Shown piece after piece: positions 13,418 to 24,832 of a stretch of DNA of 64,000 nucleotides (position 1 is its first letter; every line of letters starts with the position of its first letter). The stretch covers positions 124,001-188,000 of the forward strand of contig JAQGDQ010000133.1 in assembly GCA_030141605.1 (NCBI GenBank). The letters are read 5' to 3'. A program made the translations under genes and the position numbers. The notes beneath the pieces are model-generated. The model was not told the origin of the DNA. It ran no database searches and saw only the letters and a list, made by a program, of their open reading frames with translations. This DNA is from Tubiluchus corallicola. Lineage: Eukaryota; Animalia; Priapulida.

Positions 13418-15320
13418 ATGTGGATGTAATGGCAACTCATAAAGCATGTGATGGCAACAGGTTCACAGTAACTTAGGATGATGTAAGATGCTTTTGGATT
13501 TTAAAGTTCAAGTCTTGTGTACAAATTTTAACATTGCTGTTTAAATTTTAGAAGTTGAACCTGCAAATTTTTTTTTGCAATCACAAGTATGTGTGATTGT
13601 TGTCACAGTTTTTGTGGATGTTGCTACAACAAGTAACCACACTAGTAAATATTTGCAGTTGTCTGTATTTACTGTTTTACAATTTTAACTTGAGTGACTT
13701 CTAATAAATAACATTACTTTGGATTTGCTAGTATCACTGTGTAGCATAGTTCTTATATTTTGATGGCATTTTTGTGATTTGCCTAAAATATACCAATGTT
13801 AAAGGTAGTAGAGCAGGATTTTAAAAATAGTGTTGTGCATAGCCATGACTTTTTTGAGTGAGAATTTTTAGTGGGATCTGCAATACTATGTGATTAAATT
13901 TTGTTCAGCTTTTACTGAATACTTACTCTTAAAATCCTTGTGGGTTTGTGCTATCATTAGTTGAATTAATGGGTTTCCTCACAGTGCTAAACAAGTCTCA
14001 TTCTCACGAAAATGCATTCCTGCCATGGCTTATCATTAACGAGCTTTCCGCCTTATGGACCAACTTAGTGTAATATATAAAGAGTATTCTTAACTATACT
14101 ATTGTGTATAATGTCGTGTGTTCGTTAAAATACTGTATTTATACTCTACTCTCTCATGTCGTCTTGTAAATAATTACAATGAATTAATATAATTTTTCGA
14201 CAACACGCCCAGTTGCTTTTGAAGCTGTAATGAGTATTCAGATTTTGATGTAAATACAGATTGCAATATTTTGTTGTTTGTAGTTTAAATAATACTATCT
14301 TACCCAGAGTTTTATTAGCATTTACCTGTGAAATATTTACTCCTACATTTACAGCGTCTTCCATTTTAAATGCCAGCGGCTCATGTTTTAACTTAATGTA
14401 ACAGTATTTTAACCAGAGTTTTGTCATCAGTGTAACAGTACCTTAACCAAAGTTTCCTGTACTTTTGATGAAATGTATACTCACTGCATCGTCTTCTCGT
14501 TGTCTCATCTTAACTCAGCATATGCCCTTAAAAGGGTATTTTAGTAATATATATGTCAAATGCGTGTAATTTGTGACTAGCATAAGTATGCCATCTGCAT
14601 ATGTACTGGTCTTCAATGACATTTTATACGCTGCATGTTTTTTTTGTTATTCTTCAGCACTTCCAATTTAGTGCATTTACTATTTAACAATGTTAATGTT
14701 GGTGTCAGTAACTCGTTCTGCACCTTGCTATTTGTAAGCAGGGATTTCTAAGGATTTGTTATAGTACTGACCTCCTGAATGATTGTTTTGAGTGTATTTT
14801 AGGGTATTTTCCCCCCGCAACTTTTCTGCAATCAAACTGTTACAAAACACATTTGTCATGCCAATTTGTTATCTTGTATTTTATTGCTCCAAATAAGAAA
14901 TATTATTTTTTTGTCGTATTTTTGTACAAAATGATTTCTGTGAGTTAATAAACTAGTATGTTGTGTTATAATAACTAAAGTTTTCATAGTTTGTTATGAC
15001 AGCATTACATAACTGTGCCGCTTTGCAAACCTGTGTAACAGCTAATTGGTGTACTGGCTGTTATTGAAACAACAGAATACAACTGCTGGATATTCACTGT
15101 TAACAACATGTCTGTTTTTTCACTAATTTTAATTTTACAAGATACGAACAACTGTTTTTTTTAAATGATTTTGCTCTTACATGATAAGAAGATATTCAGT
15201 GTTCTTTTAGAACACTAGCTAGATTTCATTAAGTGACAATGAAATCACACGATATCTAGCTCGAATAACAAAAATAAATTGTAAAAACTAAAAATTCTGC
15301 TTGTTGTAAATATACTAAGT

Positions 15321-18300
15321 TCATTTTTTACTGTTCAGGGAGACGCCCAATCTCAGGGCGCGAAATCGAGACAAAGGTCGATGTCCTTGAGTTTCCGATT
15401 TAGACTCGGAGATTCCAACCGCTTTGACATCATCTAAACTACTGGCCTTTTCAATGACTGAGTCGGATACAGCAGCAATTTTGTAAAGAGTCTTTTCGTT
15501 ATCTGTATCCAGTTGATCACACTGCAGTGTTTCTCCTTGAGGTTCACTTGTCTGGAAAGTAAAGGATAAAAGTAATTTATAGATCTGAAAAGTGTACCGG
15601 TAAAGCCTTCCTCTTTTTTATCACTAAATGTCATCACTTTTGGCATAGTACACTAGTATCAGCATCAGGACTGTCACTTGCTAAAATTAGTACCAAAGTT
15701 AGTAAAATAAGAAAAAATACACCTTTAAAATAAAACTAACAGGTTGGGTCATGCAGTGATGGTTACAGCAAAATTCAATATGTAAAAAAATTGGTTTGCT
15801 TATTAGATTCGTGAAAATGCTTTTGCCGTAGGTCTGAATTATTTACGCTAACAACGTAGCAAACTCTAGGCTTCCAAAGAGACACTCATTACAGAGATAT
15901 TTCATGGAAGTGAAACTTGTTTCTGTGACTGGACAGATGCTAGACTTCTCAAATGGGAGGTACTTCAACTGTAAGGGAGAAGAATTTGCAAGGCGAGGGA
16001 TTTTTTGTTACAGGAACATCAAACTGTAAAAGAATATACTTCGTACATTGCGTGAATTCTTAAAAGAAACACTAATGTCAGCATCCAGGCAAATGTTAGC
16101 ATTGAAACTCAAAGGGAAGTTTCGTGTTTCCTTGCCGTCACTTTTTTCTTTTAATGGCACTTAATAAAAGCTCGTTTTGCCCTTCCAACAACATGCTTGG
16201 GCAAATAAATCAACTGCAATTGCTACACCCATGATACGGGAAATTGAAAAGAGAATTTAATTGTTCTAACGAATTTAATTGTCTTAATTATTACCATCAT
16301 AAAAGCACAATGGAGAAAAGATTTCTAGAGTAGATGGGGAGAATTAAGCATGCCTGGCATTGCAAGGGGAGGATTGCACCTTTTAACTCTGACAACCACT
16401 ACGCTAGATAGTCTTCAAGAGTTTTTGATTTTTTGCTAAATTTTCCCAATTTGCCAGCTTGTTTAGTAACTACGTAAATGAGAGTTTGCTGTACATGTAA
16501 AGACTACTCACTACTCAGGTGCTAACATAATCATAAAATGACAACAACTAGCACATCGTGAAGCATCTACCAAATGACTATACATGAATTTGTAAATAAA
16601 AGCAAATGCATATGCAAGCATTTGAAAACCTTTTCAGTCTTGTGATACTGCAGCATGAAATCCACAGATGATTTTGGTCCTGAATCTGTTTTTAAAATTG
16701 ACTTTCCTGGAACCTTTTCTCCGCAATTCTGAATGAAGGCCTTGTGTATATCCGCCGGGCTTTGGATGTCAGAAAGTTCTGTGGCTGGCTGAAGAAAGCA
16801 AAAAGTGACAATTATTGGTGTTAACCATTTGTGCGGCATTGTCAGTTACAACTACTTTTCAGTACAGCAACAAAATTTAAGAAACGGTAGAAAGAAATCA
16901 CTAATTACCAACTGCTTCATCTATTTAACACCTTTTTTATACAGTTCTGAATGCTGCAGTGCCAAACTCAGTGCCAATGCCTATTTAATATGGATAGTTG
17001 TGGTGGATCTGAAAACTGACTCACTAACCCTCTAAGGCGAGTGTGTAAAATGTGTAAACTTTTTCCCTCTGCGAGGTAAATGCTCAGGGACATTATGGAA
17101 GATGGAAATACTCAGAAGATGTTTTTCTGGCAGTCACCAATAGTGCATAAATTCAATTGCTCAGCACATGCCATCACTACTTGGTTATTCCAAACATAAA
17201 CATAAAAACTAATGCATTAATTAAATTAAGACGACACATTAAGTCATAAAATTTTATAGTTACCAGATACGAACAGCAAGAATAAATTATCCAACTCTTT
17301 TAGTGATACACGTATTCTGGTGTAAAGTTGTATGTACCGCAGAATTAATGCATATTGGATATGTTTGCAAGTAGTGAAAATGAACTTATGTGATCATTTT
17401 TCCAGGCATACAAAATCTTGCTTACTGTACTAGCATGTGGGACTGATCTGCTGTAAATGAAAGGCACCACTTTTTTAGTTTTTCACTTCTAGTTACTCAG
17501 CAGGTGTTAAATGACCAACGGTTTGGTGATTAAACATCAAGGTCAGTAATTGTAAAGGTAGCTGCTATAAGCAAATTGTCATTGGAGAATGTGTTGTTTT
17601 GGTCCAGACCATTAGCTTTGTTTACAGTTACGTAACTTACTTGCTCAGCTGATAATCAATTACACTAGAAATGTGAGATTTGCAACCTACCTCCATAATG
17701 CATTTGGCATGGTACTTTGCAAATAAGGTTTTGAAGCTAATTTGCAAAAATTTAGCCCCGGCTTTATTTGTAGTTCAGAACATTATGTGTTAGTTAACAA
17801 TACATAAATGTTAATGAGCAACAATAGACTACCTACAAAATTAATTTCATTTTCTGTTGGTCGACTGTGCTTGATAGTAATTCGCAATGGAGGATTAACA
17901 TCATTGCTGTCAGAATCATCAGAAACTGAACTTTGTTTGATGTCCTTGAAAGACACTCTTTTTGAAAGTGGCTGAAAAATACTGATCTGATTAAATTTTG
18001 AAAAAAATTATGCATGTGAGAAGACGTCATTGTACAAATGAACTTACAAAAGTTTCCACAATAAATGAGTGCAGCAGAATCAATCAAAGACTTTCTAGTT
18101 ACTACAGAATGTTTAACTACATGGCAAGGTTCAAAAGAATCTCCAATCCCTTTGTTAAGATTAGATAAACAAAATGGTAAAATTCCAAAAAAAGAAGAAA
18201 ACTTTTAGATAATAGCTCATATTCACTTATGATTTGTTGCCCATAATATTTGCCCAAAATTTTTAAAAGTTAAACATCAGCTCAAAATCTAATTACTAGT

Positions 18301-21300
18301 CCACGAGTGTAGCTAGCAAACACGCCACTGTCGGGCTTTTCAAACAGCAGGAATCACTCACGTGCATGTGCACGTGTTTGCAAGACTGCAACAAGACAAT
18401 CAGCACTTTCACTGTATGTTAAGCGACAAAATCTTGATTAATGACAGTTCACCCTTTACACAAGCAAGCTGCTATTAATTTTGCTTTTTATAATTTTTTT
18501 ACAGCTAACATAACTGCATAAGCTCTCATCGATGGAACCTATACCGTTGGTGATACCAGAAACTAGTTAATTAAGAATAATCCTCTGTGATGAAAGTATG
18601 CGTTGACAGAGATATATGTTAACTACATTTGGATGTCTACAATACATAACTGGGGACAGTATGGTTGACGAAATGACCTAGCTGCGGTTTTCTCAAAGTT
18701 GCTCAACCATTTAACTAGCCTAACTCGATAATGACTAACTTGCACAGTTAAGGATGTTCTATTTCCTTTGTCTCCAGATAATATAAACAAAGTAACTTAA
18801 TAACTTAAAACAAAGCAGAGACCCATCACACACAATTATAAGAGCAACTTGCACTACCTGATCTCTTATCGTTGATATTTGTTTGGCTTCTTCTTTTTCA
18901 AACTGCACAACATCTCGGTCTGCCAAAGATGCAGACAGCGCTTCCTCCTGTTCACTGAAATTCATGAAATACATAAATGTCTCTCCTTAAAATACCCAGA
19001 ATGCAGCATTTTACCTGACCTACAGTGTGGCATTTTACCATTACAAAATAACCTGTAGTTACAGCAAAAATTTCAAGGACCTACTTCTTCAAGAATAATT
19101 TATTTATATTTCCTTCCATTTCTTCTTGTTTTTCCAGCTTCTCGAGTTTCTTCATTATGTCATCATTGTCGTTAGATGTCATGGACATTTGTGAAGCTTT
19201 TATCTGTTTCCGATGAGCCCGCACTTTCTTCCTGTGTTCCTCTAAAAATGTATATCTAATACTGAACACACGGCAGCTTCAGGTACACATTAGTCTAGAC
19301 ATTTACAAAAAAATTCCAAGAGTTAAGGTAAGGCCAGAAAGATTTCCCATATTGATAAACAATTTCTGTTGACACTCTGGAAATGGAAAAATGAATGAAC
19401 TGAATATTTCAAGTTCGTCTTATATGCAGTGTGGTACAGGGATACCTTCAACGAAATATAATTGCTACTAACTCAAAATTTCGTATTTCCTGATACACCA
19501 ATACTCTGTGTCAAACTCTGTAATGCTGTGCATAATGTTCTACTATAACCCATGGTGTAGCCGTTTGCTAAAATTAGTACTAAACTGTGGAAGCTAGACT
19601 ACTGGAAGTATCATAAAATGCATGAATATTGCTTAAATAAAAAAAGTGTCATTAAAACTTTGCAAACTGTCAATACAATAATAAATTAACTGGTAAAGAG
19701 TTAGTAAAACTAGTTTAAACTATTAAGAAACTACCTCTCCATTTTCTTTCAGCCTCTTCATCATAATCTTCCAAAATTTCCCTTACACCGCCCTGCTCTT
19801 CAGCAACAGCTTGAAACTCTGCTGAATATTCCAAGCGTGGTTCAAGAAGTTTCTTCTCTTCATTTAAATTTTTAAGTTGCTTTTCTAGATCTGCAAAAAT
19901 AAAAATAAGTTAACAGTTTCTGTAAAATAATTTTTTACCTACAGAATATCAGAAATAGCCGTATTTATTTGTACTGAGGAAAATGAAGCAGTTGAATAGC
20001 ATTCATCTGTATGTTTATTTGAAAATATCAACAACCCAGTGATGCATAGAACAAACTTGTGAAGCCATTTTCCACTTAACAGATACATGGTCAAGGTCAC
20101 CTGTACCTAGCACAAAGGCTAATGGTTAAGGTACTCTGCACTAACACAAAAGTTACCGGTCAGGACACTTTATACCTAACACAAAGTCAAAGGTCGGGTT
20201 CTTTTGTATCTAACACAACGTCAAAAGGCAAGACCCCTTTGAGTACCTAGTATAAGAGTCAAAAGGTTATTTCTGGTCCTCACTAACTAACACAAAGAAC
20301 AAAGGGCAAGATCATCTCTACCAAACAAAAAATGTCAAACTTCAGTAACCACTGTGCAAAATCCTAAAAGCAAAGCAGGGTCAAAGTTGTAAAAGGAGAT
20401 TTGCCTATTTATTATTTACTAGCTGTCTAAATATGGGTCAGTCTCTGTATAATTACATAAATTTTTTACGATAAACATTGCTAAGATTCAGAATGCAAAT
20501 GCTTGCTCCAATTTTATTGCCACAAGTGAAACTATATGGTTTAATACAGCCAAATTTCACAGCATTGCCTGACTATTCGGTGCCTCTTAAAATATTTATA
20601 TTATAGCTAAAATGGTGGGTTGCACAATGGATCTCTTGTTTCAGCAATGCAATGCATTATTTACAAACTTAGTCTTAAAGAAAGAAAAAGATAATTTGTA
20701 CTTGCAGTCAATTCTTCTCTGAGTTATTTCGCCTGCTTGTGTTGCAGATCTCTTTGCAAACCAATTGTCACCAAGTAAGACCAAAATTTCGTTTGTGTGT
20801 ACCAGTTTGCCTGGCATGAATGCATACTTGCCAAATGCAATCTGGAAGAAACATAGTATAGGCACAAAAGAATAAACAGATAAAAAGAAAGAATTTATTA
20901 CATCAAATAACTAAAATAAATTGAGCAGTATTAGCACATAAAGGCCAAAAAAAATCACAAAAACTTGACCAGTACCTCCTCATTTTAACTTTTTCTTAAA
21001 AGAGAAAGTTTGTTACGTACCTGACAGCTGAATGTATGAGCTGAGGACAAAAGAACAAAGGTAGTAAAGACTGATGTGGCACTACGGGTCACAGCACTGT
21101 TGTTACACAATTTACAGTGTCGTAAAATGCTTGTTATCATGATTGATAGTGCTAAGCACACTATCAAATTGTTAAATTAAACAAAATGTGGCTAACTTTT
21201 GGATGAATATCTATACATACGTATCAAAGCCTTGATTATTCTGCTTTCAAAGAAAACAAAATGTGCAAAATTTGAAATAGCATGGGGAGCCTGGTAATTG

Positions 21301-23035
21301 TAAATTGTAATTAAATGAAGAAAGTGAAATTAATTGTCACAGTATATGGTTAACGATCAATATTCTCTTTCTATGGGAGGTGGTATACATACTTGGGCAT
21401 GGCTAAGACACTTCTGCCAGTTCAGTTTCTTATCTTAGAAGATCATTTTTAGACAATATAATTAAAAACACTTCAGAAGTATACAAGGAAGAAAGTGTGG
21501 AGACTTTAAAATTAGTAGGCGGGCTCATACCTGTTTGTACAAGCTGAAACTTACATTATAATCATATGAAACTTTATGAGGGAGCGTTTCCAGCTTTTCG
21601 AATAATTTTTTGTAGTCACTTATAAACTTCTCTCTAGAAATAAAACAATTGGATAATGTACCACACTATAAACAATAAAAAGCATAGAGTTGAAACGGAC
21701 TGTATACAGTTAATTTTAATATTAAAAAAGTTTTTAATAGCTAACAAGTGATGTAAAATGAGTTCTACATAATGTCAAGAACTGACAGAGACGTGCAACT
21801 TACCACACACACATATAAACGTGTTTTTAAAGTTTAGTGATATTATTTAACCTTTTTGTCCAATTCTAGTCACTTTTTATTCTAAGAACAAAGTACTCCA
21901 AGACATGATTTATAAAACTAGTCCCTTTGAGAAACTCCTGTGATCGTAACTCAATCGACTAATATCTACCAAGAGCTACAATAGGCTAGAAAATTTATAA
22001 GTTTTCTTTGTTAAAAATTAAAAATGTTTTTTTGTACCTTCAAATTTTTATTTACTTCTCTTTAAGGTTTTACCAATTCCAGCACTTTGATTATTCATAT
22101 GGATGAAGCTATTTTGGTTTTATCAAACATTTTATAGAAATATTCTTTGGTAAACTGGTAATTTTCGAAAAACTTTTGCTATGCCAGCAGTCATGAATTG
22201 TGACCATTATGACACAGACCACTTTAAGGGTATGATACATCTACATATACTAGTTTGACTTACATCCAAATCACCTTACGATCGACCAGTCAGAATTGAA
22301 TGAGGTTTTATCTTATAACTCTATAACTCGAAAACCTGCTATATAAAATTTCAGCAATTTTCGAAAATGTCACCTGTATTACAGGCAAGTGTTAACTTAA
22401 TGCTATAGGACAACATTGTGTGCTCAGATAAAATTGCATTGCCATAAGTACAAGGAATGTTGTACAAGCAAAACTGTAAAATAGTTAACTAAAGATGTTC
22501 TTTTTTCACTACTTACAGCTGTGCAATTCTTGATAAACAGTTATCCAGTTCCTACAAAAGAAGTAGTTCACATTAAATAGATTAAATGTATCAATTAAGT
22601 CATGGAATAAAAGCACAGTTATATAGATCTCATCATCAATGCATCTCACTGCATTATATAATATATAATGCCAATCTACTAATCTTTCCAATCAACCGAC
22701 TGAATTATATATAACTGTGCTTTTATTCCATGACTTAGCTGATAATATTTATATAGTTATTGGTTGACTATGCAGTTATATAGAATCTCATCATCAATGC
22801 ATGTTACTACTGCATTATATATAATACAAAAGTTTGTCTAGGCAAAGTGTGTAATTCGAAGATTTTGAATATACTTTTTTCTAGGCATTTTATGTAATTG
22901 CAATTGCTGTTATAGGGCATGTGTGAATACTATAAATTCAATCGGTTTTTTGGAAAGATTAGTGGATTGTAGGTACGTAGACAGATTGAAAGACAGGTAG
23001 GAAGAGAGATTGATAAACAGACAGATAGACTGAGC

Positions 23036-23066
<31 letters not shown>

Positions 23067-23121
23067 GGAGAGAGAGAGGGAGGGAGAGAGGAGAGAGGAG
23101 AGAGGAGAGAGGAGAGAGGAG

Positions 23122-23187
<66 letters not shown>

Positions 23188-24832
23188 CCTTATGCGTCCA
23201 TTGATGTTCATTTAATCAAATGCAAAAAATTCGTTCTCTCCGCATCATGTTTCTAATATTAACCTCTTCTTCTTATGGCAATATCAGTCATACCCATTTA
23301 AACTCTACACAATACGCACAATTGTATTTTCGTAAGCGCTAATCCTTGGGCAAAGTTATAAAGTTACTTTAAGAAGACTTTTTTGAAAACTGGCCTAATC
23401 CGTGAATAGCACTAAGAACATTCTTACACACAGATAAGCTCACGCAAAAATTGTCCATAAGGACTTAATGAATCCGGCCCCAAGGTATAGAAAACGATTA
23501 GCCCGATTGAGCAGCATGTCAGAGATGGTGACGTTGCACCAACCGCCAATAAAACAATTAACTTAGTCAATAAATTACTTGAATTGCTTGCTTAGTTTGG
23601 TAAATTAACTAAGTCGTTTTATGCATTCCACTACAATGGCCAAGTAATGTATAAAATATCTAGGAAAAATTCAATTCAACATAAATTATGTTCATTTTGC
23701 ACATTATCAACATCACTTTACGCATTTTATGTAAATCCTAGGTATTACACAAAACATCTAGGCAACGTGTGAAAGACTTGCAGCAACAATATTTATTTCA
23801 CACTTTTCCTGAAATGTGTAAGTATTATATGAAATCCATCAGAATTTTATATAATGCCTAAATTTTACACATTGTCTGTAACACACATAATAAATATCCA
23901 ATGTTTCCAATCACAATGGAAAGGGCAATAAAAATAAATTGTTGAACCATTCATTCCTGCACTCATTGCCATACAATATTACTATTACTATCAGCTGCAA
24001 CTCTATGCACAGATCTGTAAATGCCTCAGAGATGCGCGGCTATCACTTTCTTCGCAACTGTACACATTCACATCTGCAAAATCCACTGAAATATGAGTGC
24101 CCTACAGTTAAAAACTTATTTTGCATGAAGCTAAGAGTTATAATCTCCGCAAAGGAATTTTTTTGTAAACCCTCAACAACTCTCACCACACAATGTACTT
24201 ACATCACCCCATCATATAATACCCATCTTACCACACCAGAAGCTATAATAATTATCGTTGCAAAACAGAAAAAGTTGTTCTGAAATTGGCTAAACTTTTT
24301 GTGTAAGCAATCGAAAATTTTACCATGCATACGTGGTTTCTGCATGATGCAATTTCAAGCAAAATCTGCAAAATTAGGCATTAAAAATCTGCAATTTGTA
24401 TATCCACACACAACACACTATCCACAAAATTAGGGTGGATTCTGCAACCGCATGACCGCAAATCCACTATCCACGTATCTCTGAAATGCCTAGCAGGCTT
24501 AGCACACTATAGCCAAAGAACCAAGATTGATGTACACTAATTTTATGTGCAACTAGTTTTCCTGGTATAAAGGATGGCCTGATGAAGGCAAATTGAAGAG
24601 CATCACTTGACTTTTGTATTTAGCTTTTTCAAATGAATCCAATAAATAAGTCCAGAAAATGTCAGACATATTTGAAGCTCTTACAGGGCTACAAAATCTC
24701 AAAGTGGGTTAACTTGTTTAATCCAAAAACGTGTTTCTCAGTCTGACTATACAAGTGTAAAAAACACAAAAGTTTTTACAGACTAACCTTTTGCTGTTCT
24801 TCCCTCAGCCTTGCCAAATATTCTTTATTCAT
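15321..24832 (-). CDS. URI1: Unconventional prefoldin RPB5 interactor (URI1), ~409 aa
   Basis: Exons (minus strand) 24832-24788, 22551-22517, 21633-21555, 20841-20706, 19890-19735, 19241-19085, 18954-18858, 17971-17837, 16788-16630, 15551-15321 join in frame. They give LARLREEQQK, the prefoldin-alpha core FGKYAFMPGKLVHTNEILVLLGDNWFAKRSA, SPADIHKAF..KSILK, and the C-terminal URI box SVIEK...LSRFRALR. One GC-AG intron. Extra C-terminal exons are possible. Confidence 0.9.
18640..18745 (-). mobile_element. Degenerate 5S-derived SINE head
   Basis: Reverse strand reads AAGTTAGTCATTATCGAGTTAGGCTAGTTAAATGGTTGAGCAACTTTGAGAAAACC (weakly 5S-like), then CATACTGTCCC, shared with the copy at 56939-56949. 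Confidence 0.4.
20085..20345. repeat. Degenerate ~35-bp minisatellite in URI1 intron
   Basis: CTA(A/G)CACAAAG..GTCAAAGG-like units start near 20106, 20141, 20175, 20210, 20246, 20287 and 20321. Confidence 0.65.
22596..22825. repeat. 30-bp perfect inverted repeat interleaved with a ~50-bp direct repeat
   Basis: TAAGTCATGGAATAAAAGCACAGTTATATA (22596-22625) has its reverse complement at 22708-22737. CAGTTATATAG..ATCTCATCATCAATGCAT..CTGCATTATATA occurs at ~22617 and ~22773. Confidence 0.85.
23036..23181. repeat. (GA)n/(GGAGA)n microsatellite
   Basis: Directly visible purine repeat. Confidence 0.95.
24027..24483. mobile_element. hAT-type MITE in URI1 intron 1
   Basis: TIRs CAGAGATGCGCGG / CAGAGATACGTGG (rc) with a perfect 8-bp TSD AAATGCCT at 24019-24026 and 24484-24491. 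Confidence 0.85.

Noticed and set aside
15434-15646. 70-aa ORF as URI1 C-terminus
   Set aside because: Wrong frame: the conserved URI box is in the frame of exon 15551-15321, and this ORF has no good acceptor.
22930-23211. Ser/Leu-repeat ORFs (also 28855-29143 and 58305-58679)
   Set aside because: Translations of (GA/CT)n microsatellites.
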